Source: Octopus bimaculoides (lineage: Eukaryota). Taken from it: a stretch of DNA of 51,140 nucleotides. The notes below the pieces were generated by a model. The model saw nothing but the letters and a program-made list of their open reading frames with translations. It was not told the DNA's origin and did no database searches. Shown in pieces: positions 40,038 to 50,941 of the stretch (position 1 is the first letter of the stretch; the number at the start of each line of letters is the position of its first letter). The position numbers and the translations under genes are program-made. The stretch lies in contig NC_068981.1 of the NCBI RefSeq assembly GCF_001194135.2, positions 68,423,402 to 68,474,541 of the forward strand. Reading direction: 5' to 3'.

Positions 40038-40046
40038 CAACAACAG
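39963..40046. repeat. (AATC)n(AAT)n(AAC)n microsatellite
   Basis: Read directly from the sequence. Confidence 0.95.
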
Positions 40047-40727
40047 CAAGAATGGACATATCAGACCAAAACAACAACATTCTCATAAGTAGAGAAAGTG
40101 TTTTAGTAATTATATACTGTATATGAAATGTAGATGGTGGAGGAAGATAAAGGGAAATAAATTATTCATCAGGAAACTATGATCGAATATATAATTGTCC
40201 TAAACCTATCAACAAAAATAGGCTTTCCGCCAGACATTCTATTATAAAAAGGAAGACAAAAATATAATAAGTGAAAATTTTAATATCTGAAGTAGAGAAG
40301 AAAAACAATTAAATGGAGAGAAAATAATATGTACAGTAATATATTTGAAGAATTAATTCTAAACCTTATATTGTCACGAGTTCAAAAATTTCAGTCGCGA
40401 TTATATGTATTGAAATTCTCTGAAGCTGGGTAAATTTTATTTGTTATTATTCATAATTGTTTGGCAATATATTTTTTATCAGGATTATATAAGTAATCAT
40501 TAAGTATAATGATTATGTTACACTGACAGGATAAGATTTTGCAGAATGTGGTTATTGTGTACCGAAGAAATGCATGCATACTATTTATCAATAAACAATT
40601 ATGTTAGTATTTGGATATTTGAAATAAAAATTCAAAGTGGACAGAAAGCTTGAAAATGCCGATGTAACGTATTTATTCTAACTCAATATACTATGCGGAA
40701 CCGCCTTCTCCGAATAACTATACGGGC

Positions 40728-40754
40728 GCTGCCGCTGCTGTTGGTGCTGCTGTA

Positions 40755-40817
<63 letters not shown>

Positions 40818-40842
40818 ACTACTACCAATACTACTACTACTG

Positions 40843-40928
<86 letters not shown>

Positions 40929-40945
40929 AAGAAGAAGATGAAGAA
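40728..40945. repeat. Compound trinucleotide microsatellite (GCT)/(ACT)n/(GCT)n/(AAT)n/(GAA)n
   Basis: Read directly from the sequence. It explains ORFs 40683-41090 and 40718-40984. Confidence 0.95.
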
Positions 40946-40960
40946 TAGTAATACCAATAA

Positions 40961-41515
40961 ATGCCCTGATGCAGTAACAGGCACTGCCTCTCATGCCTTC
41001 TGATCTTAACTGATTGGAAAGTATATTGTTTTGTTTTGGTATAAAAGATGTGCTACAGCAAATATTCTGCTCAATACCACAGATTTGCATGTCACTTGTT
41101 TGAATTTAACTATTTGAACAAGTCCCTTGGTGGTTGACGATATGTCCATCTTTGATCATGAGCAGAAGTTACGAGGAAGCGCCATAGCCATGTATTGAGA
41201 GAAATTATTTAGGGCTTCAAAAATTCGGCACTCGAAACATCTGTGTTTCGTTCGACATCCTTAAATCACCCTTATTCAGGGACATTTTGAGCGGGATGGT
41301 TTACTCGAGCCGAAGAAAATTCTAACTGGGCCCCCACATACAATATCATGTGTTGTTCATTTTGATATGAGATCACCATATCATGCAGCTGTGGTTGCGA
41401 TGCATGTGCCTGTGCTCCCTTATCAGACGAGTAGTTGGGTACTCATAATGGCCATACTGAGTGTCGTATATTTTACCCCAGTGCCACTATGATGGCATGC
41501 GCTTCTCTCTCACTC
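40961..41515 (+). mobile_element. ~555-bp non-coding interspersed element embedded in (AAT)n, copy 1 (older)
   Basis: Runs atgccctgatgcagtaacagg...gcttctctctcactc and is followed by (AAT)n. It is the end-to-end inverted homolog of 50343-50880. The strand given is the AAT strand; true polarity is unknown. Confidence 0.85.
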
Positions 41516-41568
<53 letters not shown>

Positions 41569-41593
41569 TGATAATAATAATAATAATAATAAT
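41516..41593. repeat. (AAT)n microsatellite
   Basis: Read directly from the sequence. Confidence 0.97.
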
Positions 41594-41691
41594 TTCAATC
41601 TAATCAATACGTTTGCTAGAAGGGTTAAGAGTGTACAGCGTAATGCAATATAATTTGCTGTTATATAAAATCCTCTATGAGTAATTTAACA

Positions 41692-43077
41692 CTACAGGCA
41701 AGAAATAATTCTCTGAAAAGGAAGATTTCCTAAATTTGCTTAGGGAAATCTCGCAAACGCAAGATCATTCTCAACACAAGGGTAGTACCCTATCAATTTT
41801 CCACCCCATCAATCTCTGTATCTGTCATTTAGACTATACGTCCCAGTCACATTTAACCTTTAAGAATTTCCCTAGAAAGTAGGGCTTAAATCTCCATCGT
41901 CACATTCGATTTCCATTGAAACTGAAACAAGTTGATCAGGGCTCGGCCAAAATGGAGGGTGACTTAGTGTGAAAAATCTTTCAATCTCATTTACTACATA
42001 GTCTATTTCTTTAACGCTACTAGACAGATACACATTACCCCTTCTTCCAAGACAAAAGAAGGCGGTGGGACAATGTCCTCAATAGATTCAACATTATAGT
42101 TTAATCTGTCTTACGTTCAGAAGTAGGTATGTACCAAAGGTCCAAATGTTATCAATGCTCCAGTACTGGATGTTCGTGTGCAGAACAGCTTCACATTGAA
42201 AGCATCTGGAGCAGACCCAGCTGACGGCATTTCCATACCTCTACAGATTATGTTAAAACGGTAATACAACCAAGTAGAACTGGTAGGACATAGATGTTTC
42301 GAAATAATTCATAAGAAGCTCAACGAAAGAGGCCTGATCCACCACGACCCAAGAGACCTATCTTGATCTATGTATTGGTCAGGACAGCAGATCTACCAAT
42401 GAGATATGCTCTGAGAAAAACGAGTCTGAAAAATGGCAACTACAACCGCTATCTGTCATATAGACAGTAGACACGTCGCACCCTCAGCAAATGTAAGTGT
42501 ATCATTAACCAGTCCTCCATTTAGTGTGTTGTCATTAAATGGTGAACGTTTACAATGGAACGAGTCTCTTCTAAGAAAAGCGGGAGAGTAGGCGGTCCAA
42601 CTCGGTGAAACGTGAACTGAGGAATGTACCACTTTTAAGAGAAAGTTTATGATGGATCGGATGTAACCCCTCGCATCTTCGATGGATATCTCTGAGAAAG
42701 CCTACCGTCAGCATACTTCTTTGTAATAATGACCAATTTGCTCGTTACGTTGTACTACTTAGAGGCCTTGGTCAAGATTCACTCTGAACAATGTAAATGG
42801 TCCGTCCGTCAGCGCCCTGCAACCCTGCCTAACAGCATTGGCCCTTGACATATCGATCATAGCAAACTCAGCATTAACAAATTAGTCACAGACATAATGT
42901 GAAATGACCATATTGTTATTCAAAAGCTTTGCAATATCTGACGTGTTACAGAACGTAAGTGTTAATTGATAAATGACAAAAAGTAATCTCCCAGTCTTGC
43001 CATTTGTGCTTGGCACAACTGGAGCGATGCACAAATTGCCACATTGATAACTTCCATGAAATTTCAATACACAGTAT
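41692..43077 (-). pseudogene. Decayed intronless coding-like island of unknown origin (candidate endogenous viral element)
   Basis: One minus-strand frame runs about 355 codons (43076 to about 42004) with 9 internal stops, then continues after a 1-nt shift to 41692. The island is GC-raised and microsatellite-free, and I recognised no RT, APE, DDE or integrase motif. Confidence 0.5.
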
Positions 43078-43653
43078 CTGAAAACATTTTAAAGATATCT
43101 AACATAGAAATTAGCAAGCGTGAAAGGTTTTCTTAATACTAAGCATTGAGCTCTCTCATTCAGATTGAACGACTTTTATGAAATAAGTCTATGCATGTTT
43201 TCCATTGAAATTATATTTTTACACACATTGTTAGCCTTATATATATATTTTTCTGTATATAGGCATCACTTTAAACCTTGGGCAATTCGATATATGTCAA
43301 CAGCAATTACCTATTTTTGAGTCTAAGAACATAAATTCTGTATCATAGAAAACATATATAATTAAATTAATAACAACACGAGCAACAATAGAAGGAGAAC
43401 AATAACAGCAATAGAAAAGGGAGAAGACGATGGAGGACAAAATAAAAGCAATGAGTCGTTCAATCCTGACATATATATATATATATATATATATANNNNN
43501 NNNNNNNNNNNNNNNNNNNNNNNNNNNNNNNNNNNNNNNNNNNNNNNNNNNNNNNNNNNNNNNNNNNNNNNNNNNNNNNNNNNNNNNNNNNNNNNNNNNN
43601 NNNNNNNNNNNNNNNNNNNNNNNNNNNNNNNNNTATATATATGTACATATCTA

Positions 43654-44314
43654 CGAGATCTGATCAACATGTATACGGACTGTTGCCATAGTAACAGAGA
43701 TAAAGCAAGCACAGAGAAGCCGCTTCGCGCTTACTGACCTTGACTTCTGCTGTCCATGTACACCAAATGTTAACGTTCTAACTCGCCTTCGCTGTTTATA
43801 GCAGTGCTTCGATGTAACGTGTGTAACGTGTGATCGTCGCATTGACCATCACAGAGGAAGTTGTGAAGGCGATATCTGCTCCGAGGCCTGTGCAAATTTA
43901 CAGAGAATTAAGAGTGAGGGGTAAATGAGTCACACACAAGTGTACGAGTGGTTACGACGTTTCAAAGATGACCCCCAGAATGTCGATAGGGATGAAAGTT
44001 TCTACGAGATCCACAACCGACAGAAATGTGAAGAGGATTGCAGGTGTGCTTGCGACTGTGAAGCGAAATCGTCGAATCACCATCCGTGAGTTATCACAGA
44101 ACGTGCAGATTAGTTACGGTCCAGTCCATTATCACTGAAAATTTGGGTATGAGACGCATGGTTGCCATGTTTGTGCCAAAATCGATTTCAGCTGACAAAA
44201 AGATACTCGGGTTTCACTTGTACTAAATCCCCTTGATTGTGTCGAGCGGCTTAACTCTACGTGCTTTAGCTTCATTTCTGTAGCAACAGTCCGGGTACAT
44301 ATTGATCAGTCCTC

Positions 44315-44315
<1 letters not shown>
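43654..44315 (+). mobile_element. Internally deleted mariner (non-autonomous) with both TIRs and TA target duplication
   Basis: The left end ta|cgagatctgatcaacatgtatacggactgttgccatag matches the reverse complement of the right end ctgtagcaacagtccgggtacatattgatcagtcctcg|ta. Internal remnants are MSHTQVYEWLRRFKD and RRITIRELSQNVQISYG...ENLGMRRMVAMFVPK. The catalytic domain is absent. Confidence 0.95.

Positions 44316-44392
<77 letters not shown>
44316..44392. repeat. (TA)n of about 38 units
   Basis: Read directly from the sequence; begins at the mariner target site. Confidence 0.97.
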
Positions 44393-44396
<4 letters not shown>

Positions 44397-45493
44397 CTGT
44401 GTGTGTGTATATATATCCATTAGGAGACATTACTACTACCAATTTTATCAAGTGATATCATAATTCTGCATAAGTAGACTGAAGCTTTCTTAATTATAAC
44501 AGACAAGCAACGTTGAATATATATTTCGAATAATAACCTGATGGTGTTGTAGCCTATGAAGAGATTAATTTGTTATGTATACATAAAAGCGTTAGTTGGA
44601 AACATTGTAACAGGAAGCAAAAAGAATATATGCCATTTAGTGAATGAAAGCCAATTTCGTTTGAATTTCTAGTGGAAACAACATCAACGTACAGTATATG
44701 ACACATATCGTTGTAGTTTAAATTATGTTTGCAGCCTCACTGGTGCACACGCACACACAAACACGCACATACGCACACATACTATCATGCACGCGCACGA
44801 CACTCTCATACAAGCACATAGACATATATTATTAATTTGAACAGACGTTAATATATATGTCATTTCGTGATTACTTTGGCAGATGATTTGACACTTCATA
44901 AGTGGAGATATTTATTTGCATAGCAACCCTTACTCCATTTGGTGGACATAAATGCAGTATGAAAATAAAGCGTGAAAATCCATTAAAATGTACAGCTTTA
45001 TTAGCCAAATATTCTGTATAGACTATTTGTAAAGTTCATTTCGCAAATAGTTAATGCGTTATGGATTCAAAAATGAGAGAATGCATATAAAGTATAATGA
45101 AATAAATATTGTTATATATGTATATCTTCAAATATCCGTGTGAAATCTTCAGAATACGCTCCAGGAAATGAACTCTGGGTATTTTTCTGAAAATATGCTG
45201 ATTATCAACGAATCATTAATGTGAAAAATATCGATTAAAGTTGATACTCAAACACAATCAGATCCAACTCGCTAGAAACATTAATTTTGTGTATAATGTG
45301 GAATTCTATATACTATTTTGCCATTATAATGTTCTATTTTTAAACATCGTTTGTTTTTTGGATACTATAACACCTTGTAATTTGCATTTATTTGTATTCT
45401 CATCGGAGAGGGAGTGCACGAGACTTAATCAAAATTATGTCATAATATTTGTGTATGAATATCAATTACTCAGAATCGTACACAATATTTTAG

Positions 45494-45534
45494 GTCAAAT
45501 TATAGTAAAACCCAGACGCAGAGTAACATATAAG
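45494..45534 (+). CDS. Candidate 41-nt micro-exon of an unidentified gene
   Basis: aatattttag|GTCAAATT...TATAAG|gtaagt has a consensus donor. Only the phase 1 to phase 0 frame is open (GQIIVKPRRRVTYK). Confidence 0.25.
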
Positions 45535-48500
45535 GTAAGTGTAGACTTATATCTCATGTTGAGAGATTCGTGAAATTGCGTACGTTAACCAATGAAGCAA
45601 AGTCACTATTTCTTCTGTAGCTTCAAAGCTTTCATATGAACACTTTTATCACGTAAGTCCAAATTCTAATTACGTGAATGTCTAGAAACAACGACTATAT
45701 CTCCGTCCTATTAATTGAACAATTGCACATATAAAGCTTGGTATTCATTATGAAGGAAGCTGATAGAAACATCTAATTTCCATGCGTTTTAAATTACTAC
45801 ATGTAACAACAGCTTATGTTAAGCTAAGATATAGTAATTATTGATAACTTTTTTTTATATCCTTAAGGATGGTCCATTTCAATGATTGAGTACTTCCTAT
45901 CAAAGGTATTATTTAAGCATAAATTTATTTTTGAAGATGAAGATAACAGCTATATTGTTATGTATTATATTATGCTATACTGTACATAAGGACGGTATGG
46001 TTACTTATAGAAATACGCGTCTTTCAAACCTTACATTTTACAGTATGTCATCGCTGAAATATTGTATGAGGGTTGGTTACGCACTCAATCTTGGTTAAAA
46101 ACATATTTGTATGAAAGCACAACCGTATTCTATTCTTTCTCTTTTAGTGCTTTAGTCAAAGAGTAAAATTGAATAAATTTTTATGTAATCTGTTTTTATG
46201 ATTGGTTACAGTTTTACTTTTCTCGTGGTTATATCGTCACTTATTCACTTCAATGTTCCTGATCAATTAGATAATCATCATTTAGCAATCTCCCAGAATA
46301 ACCTACGGATACATTCACAATCAATGAATGAAGGCATTTAAAAATATACTACAACATATATGAATACCTTTCTAGATGCCCACATTTCCGTAATGGAGTA
46401 TTAATGGAGTCTGCAAACGCAAATTTTCTTTGACCCAAAAGATGTATTTATTTTGAATTTTAATATCTTGTGCATTTTTACGGCAATTCTTTACATAGCT
46501 TTAGTTTTGTCTATAAATCTAGTAAGCACATAAATCTCATATTATAATCTAAGATAATAATAATTAAGGAAATATAAGTGTTCGATGTAATTTCTACTCT
46601 AAGACGCTTTGTTAATCAAAAAGAAGTAATATTGATTACGCAATACTTCCGAAATGACTTTCGATTGACAAACGACTAGCAACAGCTCAACTATTTAGAA
46701 AATGCTAGGAATGCTGTCTTGAAACTTCGTTCTCTGTTACCGCAATAAATATTTATATTACACTATGGTAGACTATAGTAACAATATTGATAAACCATTC
46801 GACAGAGACGCTTTAGGCGTTACTAATTGTATGCTTACTACCTGTTATATTGCTATGTCTCCACTAATAAATATCATTGAGATTTTCGGAAATAAATCAA
46901 TGCATACAGGAAGATAAAGGGATTTCTTACAACTAGTTTTGGTTAATTTGGGGGTTGCTCTTTCATATTTTTGTAATTAGTAACATACAATTGATTTTTG
47001 AACTTCATGATTGTTTGAGCCAAACAAAGCTCATAAATAAAATGTTTAGATGTAGGATAAATCGAACTAACTCTTCTCTCTTTTCTTCCGCATTTCCCCT
47101 CTCCATCTCTATCCCTCCCTCTCTCTCTTTCTCTTTCAAAGTATCTATTTTCCGTCTGTATACATAAGTAAGAACATATATACACCGTACAGACAGGCGC
47201 ACGCGCATACACTCCCACTCACCCCCATTCACACCCACTCATCCCCACACAAACACACATAAACACACGTATTTGAATGAAACATATTGACAATATTTAA
47301 AGCCAAGGAACATGAACGATAACAGTAGCAACATACTAACAAAAACATGAACAATAATGAAAACATCTTTTCTCGAAATGATAACAACAAAGAAGTCGAT
47401 TCCCATATTTTCCATTAACTATTATTATATAGTCTAGAAGCTTGGCAATAAATCTCATGAAACTCCTTTGCTGAACATAAGATATAAAAACAATAACAAC
47501 ATAAAAGAGATAAGCTAATGTTAGTATGCTATATACTGATTTGAAATAAAATACAAGGTATACGATTTTTGATAAGCATACAATTTTCGACTGGCTGCAA
47601 AAACTAAACAAAGTGGTTAAAACACAGTCTTTTATCTTTTCATGAGCAGAAAATGTGAGATCGATCTGACTAGTGTATGTCTCTCTTGTACCTTTATCAG
47701 AGAAGGAATATAGACTCTCTGTTCTTGAATAAATTAGCAGCTTATAGCTATTTAAGGTGTATAGAAACTTATCCGCAAATAAATTATTACATATTTGCAT
47801 AGCTGTATATATGAAGACTACGTCATTAATTAAATAATCAATAAATGAACAATCCGTGTTAATTAATTAATTAACCATGTTAATTAATTAGTTATATACA
47901 ATGGAATGTTATTGATAATATCAAACCTATTTCAATGTTTTCCATATTTAATTAGCATACAATTTAAAAAAGAAATACGGTAGTTAAACCACAAGATTAA
48001 ATCTTTCCGTGGGCAAAACAAAACTGATTTAATTTGGGGAGTTTCCGATCTTTTAAAACTTCAAACACGTTACAACCATTTATAGAACGTATAATCTTGG
48101 ACACATCTAAGTGATCCATGGAATGTTCATAAAAGCTCGAGGGCTAGTAATATGTTTATTAATCAATAATTCAATAAACTGAATTCTTGAATAATTTATT
48201 TTTGATATTGAAAAAATATTTGGTACGATTAATTTTGCATATTGAGAACTAATTTGTAAATGACATGTATATTTATGAATTGTCTTCTGAGTCAAGAAGC
48301 ATAGCATTATGGTGACTGATTACAAAATGTTCGAGTTACAATTTTAAAATTCAAACTAGTATTGCATTATAATGCGTGTCAGTCATGAAATATAAACATA
48401 TAGTATTTTTTCTAGTCTAACTAGAAGCGGAAACGTAGCACAGCACAATTTAAAACAATGTATTACTTTATTCAAGTTATATGCACTAAGATAGTGGTGA

Positions 48501-50271
48501 AATTGATGAAGATTATTACAAAAACACCAGTGGTCATATTAAGTAAAATTATACAGGACACGGAATCTCTGACTGGAATTTATAAAGGGAGACAGGACTG
48601 TCTACACAAGTAATATTACAAAATCGCTTTCAAGTAAATGCATAGAAATTGTTAACCTTGTTTAATTTCATTTTTCAGAGTACTGTACTTAAGCAACTTT
48701 ATTTGTTTTGCTTACTGGACTGTAGATGTGGTAGGTCACTATTCTATAGTATTACTTACTCCTAAAGACTGATTTTCAGAAATTGTAGGACTGCTTTCGG
48801 AAAATGCATGGACAATACAGACTCTGATGTACATCTATTCTTAAATACTGTGAGTGTGCGTGTGCACATGCGTGTGAATACCCAAGTATATTATCCACAT
48901 ACAGTATTTATGTGCCTGTGTATGTATGTGGATGTATGTGTTTATATATATACTGGATATGTATGGTTTCTATGAGGTTACAGTTTAGTAACTTTCAATA
49001 TGGTCAATTTGGACATGTGGCTATAGCGGAAAGCGTTGTAAGTAGGACAGCACTGATGATAACATGTCCTGTACACATTTTCTAGAGAAAGTGTTTCATC
49101 TTTTAAACTATATACTTGAACAAAAAGTAAAGTTATTACTTCAAAACTTACTAAATTCTCGTTCACTTGTCTCTGTTTCGGCTTTATACAAAAGCATGAT
49201 GTGTATCATGTGGTAGATAATTGTATCAATTTAGATGGAGTAATGTGAGTTTAGAGTCTCTATGATGGATACCGCCCGACACAAATGTAAGTAACTACTA
49301 GTATTATCTCTTTTAGTTCGTCGGTACTTCAATTACATCTGATATTATGTTTTATTAACAGTCTATTGTATGAAATGAAATTGTGAGAAGAAAATTATAT
49401 TGAATTAATTTTACTATTTAAAATATTAATATATTTTTTGGGTACGTTAAATTTTCCAACACATCTCATAAAACAGTTTCTTCATAATTGTAATAATATA
49501 TTTGGCAATGGTGCGTGGATAACGTGCTTAGAGAGATGTAGAGAATGAGTTGTTTCAGATCAAGTAAGACTGCAAGGAGAACTGAAATGAACTGTATAAC
49601 TAAATGCCCATTCATTGAATACGAAATGTTCCATAAATCATATGAAAGAGCAGTACATACAATTGGTTTAAATATATAGTTACGTAAAACGTACTGGCTA
49701 GAAATAATATTATTTTGTCCATGGAAATATGAAAGTGCCTGCAATGAATGGAAAATCATCACTTCCCCATGGATAAATATTCGAGAATAAATATCACCTT
49801 TGTATCTCAAAGAAAAGAGAAAATAAAAAAAACACACTTAATTCCAAATATTCTAAATGCATACCTTCTCGTAAACGTTAATAACAACGTGACTAGCTGA
49901 TATTTAGTTTGTTTTTGTGTCTTGTTTTAGGAATGCAAGAAATGAGAAATGAAGAGAGGAAGAAAAAGGCATTAAGTGTAAAACGGAAATAGGAGAAAGC
50001 AAAATGAAACAAACAGTTATTGATTTTAGCTTTGGTTTTAAAATTGAAGCTAATTAAATATAGTATTCTTTTAAATTTATTGCAAATTTCAGTTGGAGAG
50101 TAGTGTTATCTAACAGGCCATTTAACTTGCTGAAGACAAAATGAGGACATGGCACTGCAATAATCTGGCGGTTGTCAATAGAAATAATAATGCCTATTAA
50201 TCAAGTATCGAGGAGTAATACATGAAAGTTTTCTTAAGACATGCGTTGCTGATTTAGATATGTTAGATTCC

Positions 50272-50342
<71 letters not shown>
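50272..50342. repeat. (ATT)n microsatellite
   Basis: Read directly from the sequence. Confidence 0.97.
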
Positions 50343-50880
50343 GAGTGAGAGAGCAGTGTATGCCATCAAAGTGACACTGGGGTAAAATATACGAAGCCCA
50401 GTATACCCATCATGACTACCCGTCTGATAAGGGTACACCAGACACATGCATCACAACCTCATGTGCGCGATATGGTGACCTCATATGAAGATAAACAGCG
50501 CATGACCTCGCAGGTGGGGGCCCAGTTAGAATTTTCTTCAGGTCGAGTAGCCCATCCCACTCAAAAGGTCCCTGAATAAGGTTTGTTTAAGGATGTTGAT
50601 CAAAGCATCCATGTTTCCAAAGGTGAATTATTCAAACCCCAAAGAATTCCTCGCAACACATGGCTATGATGCTCCCCCGCGACTTCTGCTTATGATCAGA
50701 AATGCACATATCGTCAGCCACTAAGGGACATGCTTAACTGGTTAAGGTCAAACAACTGACAAGCAAATCTGTGGTAATAAGCAGAATATTTGCTGTAGCA
50801 AAACAATGTACATGATAACACTTCCAATCAATTAAGATCAGAAGCCATGAGAGCCACTACCCGGTACTGCATCCGGGCAT
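50343..50880 (-). mobile_element. ~540-bp non-coding interspersed element embedded in (ATT)n, copy 2 (younger)
   Basis: Runs gagtgagagagcagtgtatgccatcaaagtgacactggggt...gtactgcatccgggcat with (ATT)n on both sides. Homologous over its full length to 40961-41515. Confidence 0.88.
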
Positions 50881-50941
50881 TTATTATTATTACTATTATT
50901 ATTATTATCATTATTATTATTATTATTATTATTATCATTAT
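50881..50941. repeat. (ATT)n microsatellite, imperfect
   Basis: Read directly from the sequence. Confidence 0.95.

Larger units (their letters stand above)
4898..43633. other. Assembly gaps (11 N-runs)
   Basis: N-runs at 4898-5339, 6003-6171, 7038-7166, 10346-10534, 11750-11759, 18698-18871, 22818-22885, 26566-26806, 32539-32804, 37308-37327 and 43496-43633. Nearly all abut (TA)n or (CA)n tracts. Confidence 0.99.

Noticed and set aside
42960-43000. RT motif in the island (GRLLFVIY resembling GPLLFxIYINDL; AVRQGC resembling GVRQGC)
   Set aside because: The two motifs are in the wrong order and there is no YADD/FADD or KAFD context.
47336-47800. 154-aa minus-strand ORF as a single-exon gene
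   Set aside because: The composition is T-rich and hydrophobic with no recognisable domain, and it contains intron-like pyrimidine tracts. Only the internal splice signals were kept as a lead.
1096-50447. Most ORFs in the supplied track (YIYI, THTH, CVCV, SLSL, poly-N, poly-X)
   Set aside because: They are translations of microsatellites or of N-gaps that lack stop codons, not genes.
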